Source of the DNA: a virus | IMG/VR virus record: IMGVR_UViG_3300028802_000008 | Span: 1 to 64,000 of that record | DNA length: 64,000 nt | Strand: one strand, 5' to 3' | Notes under the pieces: generated by a model | Seen by the model: the letters and a program-made list of their open reading frames with translations, nothing else | Database searches by the model: none | What the model was told of the DNA's origin: nothing | Shown here: positions 57,866 through 64,000 of the stretch, one piece after another | Numbering within the stretch: position 1 is the first letter of the stretch | Layout: each line of letters begins with the position of its first letter | Program-made: the position numbers and the translations under genes

Positions 57866-58894
57866 TCAGGGAACCTGCGTGTAGCTGTTCTTCACGGCCA
57901 CAGTCATGATCGGGCTGGCGGCGTTGTAGCGGACGGCCCGGATCTCGATGTCGTGCTCCAGGATGTCGTCACCACTGGGATCAACCGAGAACGGAGCGAT
58001 GATCGCGGTCGGAATGGTGAAGATGCAGGAGTACTTGGTGCCAGCAGGCGTGGTAGCGGGGATGTCCTCGTAGGACGAGATCGTGATGACCACGTCGTCT
58101 TTGAAGGACTGGCCCGACGGTGTCGTGGCGGATGGCCCACCCCACATAGCCGTCTTCCACAGCGCCGCGTCGTTCGGTCGGATCGTCACCGACATCGTGA
58201 TCTCACGACGCTTCTCGGTGAGGTCACCCAGGAACAGCGAGCCAAGGCGGAAGTCGTCGTCCTCGATGTTGTTGTTGATGTCGAGCGAGAAGCTCTTGGC
58301 CGGAAGGTTGGCACCGTTCCACGCCACACCGATGTTGGTGCCGACCACCAGGGGGCTGGTGTCACGGCGCTGAGCGACTGACGCCGTCGCCGTGGTCGTC
58401 GCCTGCGTCAGAGCAATGAAGCCTGCCGTCGACATCAGGTAGCCGTTGGCGTCGGCCTCCAGGTGGAACGTGTTGATCTTGGCATCGGTGTATTTGAACA
58501 CTTCGAAGCTGTTGGTGATCTTCTCTTCCACGGAGATCCAGGGAAGACCGGTCGTATCGGCCGGGGTGATCGTGTGAGTGAAGCCCGTGGCCGCTGTACC
58601 GGCCGTTGCCTTGGTGCCAAGAGCACCGTAGAGAAGCAACGACAGCGATTCCATGCGGGCGTACACGTCGTACTCACCGGAGTACGCGATTGGCCCAAGC
58701 TGGGCATCGGGGATGTCTCGTGAACCACCGATTTCCGGATCGGGAATCAGAAGTTCACGGTTGCCACCCAGCGCGCCCGAACGGACGTAGAGGAACACGC
58801 CCTGGTTGGGAGCGACCGCACCGGGGTCGGCATACACTCCCTTGGTGGCCTGAGTACGAATGCCGACATGACCGGCCTGTGCGATGAGACCCAT
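57866..58894 (-). CDS. Major tail tube protein
   Basis: Position; FTHTITP and FSLDINNN. Confidence 0.85.
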   Translation of the reverse strand: MGLIAQAGHVGIRTQATKGVYADPGAVAPNQGVFLYVRSGALGGNRELLIPDPEIGGSRDIPDAQLGPIAYSGEYDVYARMESLSLLLYGALGTKATAGTAATGFTHTITPADTTGLPWISVEEKITNSFEVFKYTDAKINTFHLEADANGYLMSTAGFIALTQATTTATASVAQRRDTSPLVVGTNIGVAWNGANLPAKSFSLDINNNIEDDDFRLGSLFLGDLTEKRREITMSVTIRPNDAALWKTAMWGGPSATTPSGQSFKDDVVITISSYEDIPATTPAGTKYSCIFTIPTAIIAPFSVDPSGDDILEHDIEIRAVRYNAASPIMTVAVKNSYTQVP

Positions 58895-58899
58895 CTAGA

Positions 58900-59238
58900 T
58901 CACTCCTTGTTTTCCTGGGCGGCGGCTGCTGCCTGACGGTCGGCTTCGGCGGCTGCTTCTGCATCCGCTGCGGCGGCGGCTTCCGCCTCCTTGGCAGCGG
59001 CGAATGCCTCAGCATCCTGCTCTGCCTGAGTCTTGACGTTCGCGGCCTGCTCATCGGCTTCCTTGAGAGCCCGGAGTTGCCCCTCCAGAGACAACTCTTC
59101 CTCTGCGAGAGCCCCAAGCTGGTAGTCAAGGGTGGCTTCGGCGTTGGCGATCGCCTGCTGCACTTTGTAATCGGCGATCTCCTGACGGAGAGCATCGATC
59201 CTCTCGTGCTTGCTATCGATCTCTTCCTGGGTTGCCAT
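58900..59238 (-). CDS. Coiled-coil Ala/Glu-rich protein
   Basis: AGGAG RBS. Confidence 0.7.
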   Translation of the reverse strand: MATQEEIDSKHERIDALRQEIADYKVQQAIANAEATLDYQLGALAEEELSLEGQLRALKEADEQAANVKTQAEQDAEAFAAAKEAEAAAAADAEAAAEADRQAAAAAQENKE

Positions 59239-59246
59239 AGTCGCTC

Positions 59247-59735
59247 CTACTTCGTGATTTCCGTTGTGATGATGAACTCGGTCTTACATAGAAACGTGAA
59301 CCCAACACCTACTCTGCCTACCATGAACTCTTGACGGAGAACGTCATACTTCTTTACTCTTTCGACACTTCCCATGAAGGTCTCTGTCAACCCGCCCAAA
59401 GCTACATGGAACTCCTGATCCCGGTACAGTATTGCCCGAATGGCCTTGGAGTCGATGGAGTAGACGCGACGCCCTTCGATGGCGTCACCGTGGATGTTCA
59501 AGTTGTGAATCGCGATGTTGTAGACCGATTCGTAAGGTTCTCTGTTGGGGACACCCATCAACTTCTCGTCGGGATTCGCCACCCAAGTCGATGGAAACAC
59601 GCCGATCGTTCGATTCGGGTCAGTGGGATTCAGCGGCCGACCGACGATGGTGTACTCGCCGTCGAAGTTGAGATTGCGATTGAAGGCATCGATCATCGGA
59701 TCGATGAACCCCATCGGGAACAGGTCGACAGCCAT
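59247..59735 (-). CDS. Probable tail terminator
   Basis: Synteny only. Confidence 0.55.
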   Translation of the reverse strand: MAVDLFPMGFIDPMIDAFNRNLNFDGEYTIVGRPLNPTDPNRTIGVFPSTWVANPDEKLMGVPNREPYESVYNIAIHNLNIHGDAIEGRRVYSIDSKAIRAILYRDQEFHVALGGLTETFMGSVERVKKYDVLRQEFMVGRVGVGFTFLCKTEFIITTEITK

Positions 59736-60304
59736 CAGACGATCGATCCCATACTGGACAGGAAGCCCACCAGATTCATGATGTGATTCATGAGCATCAC
59801 CATGATGGCCTTCTCGTCATATGCCGAGATCGCGAGAACAGGCCGGGGGGGAGTGTAAGTAACATCCCCCATGAGCGGATTGAACTCAGTATGACCCTCC
59901 TGGGCCGTTCTCAACTTCTTGGTCATCACTTCGTCGCCGGAATCACCAGGAATGGCAAGAGATGCGCCAAGAGGATCGATGCTGGTCTCGTGGTTGCCCA
60001 GCAAGTGCTCCAACATCTCACTGGTTCGATCGTTGATCGCCCAGTCGTCGTACTGCCCCATCGCATGACGAATGCGAAGCGTAGATTCCTTCAACGGAAG
60101 CCAATCCACTTCGATTCCGTTGTAAGCGAATCGTTCCAGAATCCTCTCAGCCAGCCACGGTTGAACATCTCGATTGAGGAAGATCACAAGCTGCGGCGGA
60201 CTCACAGCCAACTGCGACATCGTCAAAAGCTGCTGCACCGATGTCTGGTCAACTTCAATTGCGAAGGCACCAGTCTGATACTTGGTGATCATCCCGGCAA
60301 CCAT
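59735..60304 (-). CDS. Probable neck / tail-completion protein
   Basis: W.PLKEST...PPRP motif; synteny. Confidence 0.6.
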   Translation of the reverse strand: MVAGMITKYQTGAFAIEVDQTSVQQLLTMSQLAVSPPQLVIFLNRDVQPWLAERILERFAYNGIEVDWLPLKESTLRIRHAMGQYDDWAINDRTSEMLEHLLGNHETSIDPLGASLAIPGDSGDEVMTKKLRTAQEGHTEFNPLMGDVTYTPPRPVLAISAYDEKAIMVMLMNHIMNLVGFLSSMGSIV

Positions 60305-60831
60305 CAGAACTCCCCCGGATGCCAATTCTCCACAGGGAAGTCAAGAGACGAAGGCGTCATGAAGTTCAACTCAAACATCCGAACACCGCTGACCTCGTCC
60401 CGCACCGACGCGCCAGGAACGCGAGCCAGAGGATCAGCAATCTCCGCATCAGCGATGTCGCCTCGGGCGTTGCCGTCGCCGTCGACCCGCTCTGCCCCAA
60501 CCAAGATGACATCGCTGTTGGCGATGGCCATCAACTCCATCAAGCCTTCCTTGACGAGTTGAAGACCATACGCGTGCACCGATGTCTCGGAGATTGCCGC
60601 CGTAGCGGCCATCAGGATGCGGCCCGAACACAGCTTGCGATGGATCGACCGAATCAGACTTCCCTGACTATTGGGAAGCGCTGCAATGTTGATGGGGACG
60701 ACGTAAATGACACCCAGCTTGGAGTCGATTTCCTCTTGGGTCATCTCCAAGTATTGCTGGGCGTTGATCGTTGAGGGGAGAACGTTGGTCAACTCCCCGA
60801 GCAACAACTCATTTACTTCGACGTAGGACAT
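60304..60831 (-). CDS. Head-tail adaptor (Mu gp36-like)
   Basis: MSY...EIDSKLG..YVVP. Confidence 0.65.
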   Translation of the reverse strand: MSYVEVNELLLGELTNVLPSTINAQQYLEMTQEEIDSKLGVIYVVPINIAALPNSQGSLIRSIHRKLCSGRILMAATAAISETSVHAYGLQLVKEGLMELMAIANSDVILVGAERVDGDGNARGDIADAEIADPLARVPGASVRDEVSGVRMFELNFMTPSSLDFPVENWHPGEF

Positions 60832-60844
60832 GACCCCTCAAGGC

Positions 60845-61228
60845 TCACGCCTCGGCAGCGGCGATGGCGTCCACCAGTTCGTCATGATCCATCGAGGAAC
60901 GACCCGAGATGTTGAGTTCCCCGGCCCTGGCCCGAAGCTCAGTCAAGGTCAAAGAGTCGAGGTCTTCCTCCTCGTCCAAGCCCTCTTCCTCGGCGGGAGC
61001 ATCTTCCTTGACGACGTTGGAGGTCTCCTTGATCGGGTAGTAGTCGGTCCACTCCCCTGGCTCAGCGACCGCGCACGCCTCCGTGTTGTCGATGATCAAC
61101 TGCTTCTCTTCATCGATCGGACCCGGCTCGCCAGTCGGCGAAGCCGAGTTCTGGTAGTCGGGGTCAACGCCGACATAGACGCTGTCCTCGTTCACTTCTT
61201 CTGCATCGGTCACTTCGACATCACTCAT
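60845..61228 (-). CDS. Acidic protein with a C-terminal Rho_N-like domain
   Basis: LTLTELRARAGELNISGRSSMDHDELVDAI. Confidence 0.75.
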   Translation of the reverse strand: MSDVEVTDAEEVNEDSVYVGVDPDYQNSASPTGEPGPIDEEKQLIIDNTEACAVAEPGEWTDYYPIKETSNVVKEDAPAEEEGLDEEEDLDSLTLTELRARAGELNISGRSSMDHDELVDAIAAAEA

Positions 61229-61258
61229 TGGATTCTCCTGTCAGAACGGAAAGGTGGA

Positions 61259-62383
61259 TCACGGAATCACGTCCATCGTGAACGTCAGTTCCATCAGCGG
61301 GAAGACCGGGAAGGCCTTGATGCCGGTGCCTCGGTTGAGACCCCACGGATCGCTGGTCTCCTGCTCCCACTCGTAGAAGCCACTCTGCCAGTTCCCCTCG
61401 GGGTGCGGGCTGGTGAGCATCTTGCCAAGGCCAAGCTCGTTGCCGATCTCGGACACGTCGTCGTTGCTGGGCAGGAACAGGACACGGTTCTGCGGGAAGA
61501 ACCGGGTGTTGGTGATCGTGGCACCACCAACCGGACGCGTGCGGTACACGGCGTCGTAGGTCTGGAACGTGACACCGGTTGCCCGCTCCACGACTGCCTG
61601 AGCCGCCTGCGGCCCCCATCCATCGAGGATGTAGTCGAGGTCGACAGGACCGCCACCGGACGTGTTCACCATGCCCGAACGGGCGATGAACCGGGTGCTG
61701 TTCTGGAGCGAGTTGATCACCTTGCGGCTGGCGATCGCACGGCTCATGCGAATGCCGTAAGTGTCGAACATGAAGTCCTGAACCGCCATGATGTCGGCGA
61801 TCGGGTCCGAGTTGACCGTGCTCCACAAGCCACCGGCCGGGACTTGCGCCTGCTGACCGGCCGGTCGCCCGTAGTTGATGGAGAAGGCGATCTTGCCGTC
61901 GTCGTAGGCGATGGCCCCGGTGCTCATGGCGGACATTGTCAGCCATTCCAGCCGGTTGTCGATACGACGACGGCGAAGCGCGTCCTCACGGGCGAGCTTG
62001 TTGTTGAAGTCCGACACCATGTTGCCCACGGTGAGCGGTGCGGCCACGTTGGACCCGAGAGTGGACTGCACGAGCAGGCTCTCGCGGTACTTGGTGACAT
62101 CGCTGGCCGAGTAGTGATCCTTCTGCGCCCAGTCCACGACCGATGCACGGCCCTGGCCTCCGAAGAGCAAGTCCTTCTGAGCCAGTTCCGACTCTGCGTC
62201 CTCGGCGCGAGCCGCAACGAGACCGTCGGTCAGACCCTTGGCGTAGTCGAAGATGACATCATCGGCCGACACATCCATGAAGGGGAAAAGTTGAAGTCCG
62301 ATATGAGTCTTGGGGGGCTCGATCTCACGGATCGTGCCCAGTGCGACTTCTTTGCGGACCAGCCGGTCTGTTGAAGTTGGCAT
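61259..62383 (-). CDS. Major capsid protein (lambda gpE-like)
   Basis: IDNRLEW..SAM.TG, INYG and SDPIADI; 374 aa; GAGGT RBS. Confidence 0.88.
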   Translation of the reverse strand: MPTSTDRLVRKEVALGTIREIEPPKTHIGLQLFPFMDVSADDVIFDYAKGLTDGLVAARAEDAESELAQKDLLFGGQGRASVVDWAQKDHYSASDVTKYRESLLVQSTLGSNVAAPLTVGNMVSDFNNKLAREDALRRRRIDNRLEWLTMSAMSTGAIAYDDGKIAFSINYGRPAGQQAQVPAGGLWSTVNSDPIADIMAVQDFMFDTYGIRMSRAIASRKVINSLQNSTRFIARSGMVNTSGGGPVDLDYILDGWGPQAAQAVVERATGVTFQTYDAVYRTRPVGGATITNTRFFPQNRVLFLPSNDDVSEIGNELGLGKMLTSPHPEGNWQSGFYEWEQETSDPWGLNRGTGIKAFPVFPLMELTFTMDVIP

Positions 62384-62394
62384 GTTCTTCTACC

Positions 62395-63075
62395 TCACTT
62401 GAAGATCAGTTGGACTTGCGTGAGGGCCAGGATGGCATCACGCGTGGCATTGGACAGGGCAATCGGAGCACCCGCAGCGTTGTACTCCAGGCACCATGCC
62501 TGCACCACGGTGGCCTCATAGGTCACGGCGATGTCGACATCACGCTCCAGCAGCATCCACGGAACGAAGGTGTCAGCGACACCGACGATGTTGGCGGCGG
62601 TCTGACGACCGTCCGTGGCTCCAGCCTGGAACACACCGAACTTGCCGGTGTAGGTACCTGACGTGATCTTGGCGATCACCGTGCCTGGCTGGAGAATCTT
62701 GGAGACATCTGCGCCTCCGGTCACGGTGCCGGTTGCCGCGCCCGTCACCACGTCAGCGGCAACACGCTCAAAGGAGAACGTGGTGGCTGAACCGACCGCC
62801 GAGACCGTGCGCCGTCCATCGAAGGTGGCGTTGGCGATCGCCACGACGACCGAATCTCCCACGGAGAACCCGTGAGCGGTGCTGGTAGTGATCGTTGCGA
62901 CGTTCGACGTGAGCACACGGTTGGTCGCCGTCTTGACGCTGCCGTCAACCGTGCTCGCCGGGAACACGGCCGCAGCGATCGTCGCGCTGTCCGTCTTGAC
63001 ATCCTGAGTTGAACGCAGGTATGCGTTCTTCCCGAACGGCGTGCGAGCCGCCTTGTTGGCTGTGAAGCTTGGCAT
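62395..63075 (-). CDS. Head decoration protein with an inserted beta domain
   Basis: ILQPGTVIAKITSG...ATDGRQ; insert ATITTSTAHGFSVGDSV. Confidence 0.75.
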   Translation of the reverse strand: MPSFTANKAARTPFGKNAYLRSTQDVKTDSATIAAAVFPASTVDGSVKTATNRVLTSNVATITTSTAHGFSVGDSVVVAIANATFDGRRTVSAVGSATTFSFERVAADVVTGAATGTVTGGADVSKILQPGTVIAKITSGTYTGKFGVFQAGATDGRQTAANIVGVADTFVPWMLLERDVDIAVTYEATVVQAWCLEYNAAGAPIALSNATRDAILALTQVQLIFK

Positions 63076-63087
63076 CTGATCTTCTCC

Positions 63088-64000
63088 TTACTTGGAAGAC
63101 GTGAGGGTCTGGAGTTCGATGAACGAGGACTTCTTCGCGAGATCATCCTCGGAAATCCCGGTGGCTCGGTGGTTGGCCACGATGCCCTGGAGAATGCTGA
63201 TGCGATCCTCCGCGGCGTCACCGGGGGCGGGAGTTCCACCCTGACCCAGATCGTGCTTGCCGAACAGGTTGGCCGGGGCCATCCCTTCAAAGCCAGTCTT
63301 GAAGGCCGTGAACTGATCAGCATTCATCGTCTTCACAAGTCCGTGGAATGCCACGCCCTGTGGGCCGGTGATGACCTTGCCCGAGACCAGGCCATCCACG
63401 AACGCTGCTCGTGCGCTGTCGATCGATTCTGTACGGAACGTCTCCAGTTCCGTGATGTGTTGCTGCACCCTGGCGTAGTCGTTGACCTCCACGCCATCAA
63501 GGCGGAACGACTGCACCTGGAACTGAGCGTTGCCGTGAGCGCCGACCGGCTCGGGCTGCTGCACCGGGGGCTGTGTGGCTTCCGCGGGCGGTTCCGCAGG
63601 CGGTTCTGCGGGCGGCGGCGTCGCGGGCGGTTCCGCGGGCGGGGTCGCGGGCGGATCAGCAGGCGGAACCTGAGCGGCTGGAGTCTTCGTGTCTGTAGCC
63701 ATATCTTCTCCTGAGTTGGCAATCCGGTAAAGTCCTTCGACCGCCGGGTGATCTACAAAGGCGAGACCAAGGACGACAGGATCATACTTGGTTCCGTCAT
63801 TCGCGATGTAAGCACCGATTTCGATCGAACGATTACGCCACTTCTTCGCATCCCACTTTTCCTTGTCCGCTTGGGAAGTGAACTCCCAATCAGCAAAGAG
63901 GAAATCACCAAACCGACGAACGTTGGTGATGTACCCCACAACGTCTTTGATCGACTGGGTGTGATCCTCCCGAAGTGGCACGTTCGGAACGATGTTGGCG
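63088..64000 (-). CDS. Mu-like capsid maturation protease / scaffold (5' partial)
   Basis: DH, RSIE and LAFVDHPAV motifs; frame stays open to the window edge; internal AGGAG-ATG at 63702. Confidence 0.75.
   Translation of the reverse strand, partial: ANIVPNVPLREDHTQSIKDVVGYITNVRRFGDFLFADWEFTSQADKEKWDAKKWRNRSIEIGAYIANDGTKYDPVVLGLAFVDHPAVEGLYRIANSGEDMATDTKTPAAQVPPADPPATPPAEPPATPPPAEPPAEPPAEATQPPVQQPEPVGAHGNAQFQVQSFRLDGVEVNDYARVQQHITELETFRTESIDSARAAFVDGLVSGKVITGPQGVAFHGLVKTMNADQFTAFKTGFEGMAPANLFGKHDLGQGGTPAPGDAAEDRISILQGIVANHRATGISEDDLAKKSSFIELQTLTSSK

Noticed and set aside
60830-62374. 514-aa + strand ORF
   Set aside because: Antisense shadow of the major capsid gene.

Overview
The window is most of a tailed dsDNA actinobacterial phage genome (siphovirus-like, about 60% GC by eye). 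WhiB, Ku and a protein resembling an Acidimicrobiia-conserved family point to an actinobacterial, possibly Acidimicrobiia, host. (1) 1-12 kb is a compositionally distinct, probably early or terminal region. It holds palindromic repeats, a roughly 690-nt ORF-free and extensively base-paired candidate large ncRNA (about 2195-2885), most of the roughly 11 same-strand copies of a bipartite CTTAT-N15-TGAGCCTGAAA motif, and genes that each carry a long-hairpin/short-hairpin/CCGACA/RBS leader (MoxR-type AAA ATPase, HExxH-vWA partner, DUF6011-like protein, Ku). (2) 12-31 kb is rightward middle genes: tyrosine recombinase, SLT-like lipoprotein, HNH, oligoribonuclease, SSB, SNF2 helicase, DnaN clamp, RusA, two DNA methyltransferases and WhiB. 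(3) 31-64 kb is the leftward late block: a 3014-aa repeat protein, lysis cassette, an oppositely oriented Cas4-like nuclease, tail genes, tape measure, a -1 frameshifted tail chaperone, capsid and a partial Mu-like protease/scaffold. The best candidate for an undescribed system is the early-region RNA/regulatory module (large ncRNA, bipartite motif and hairpin leaders). All product calls come from motif recognition by eye; no database search or folding program was run.
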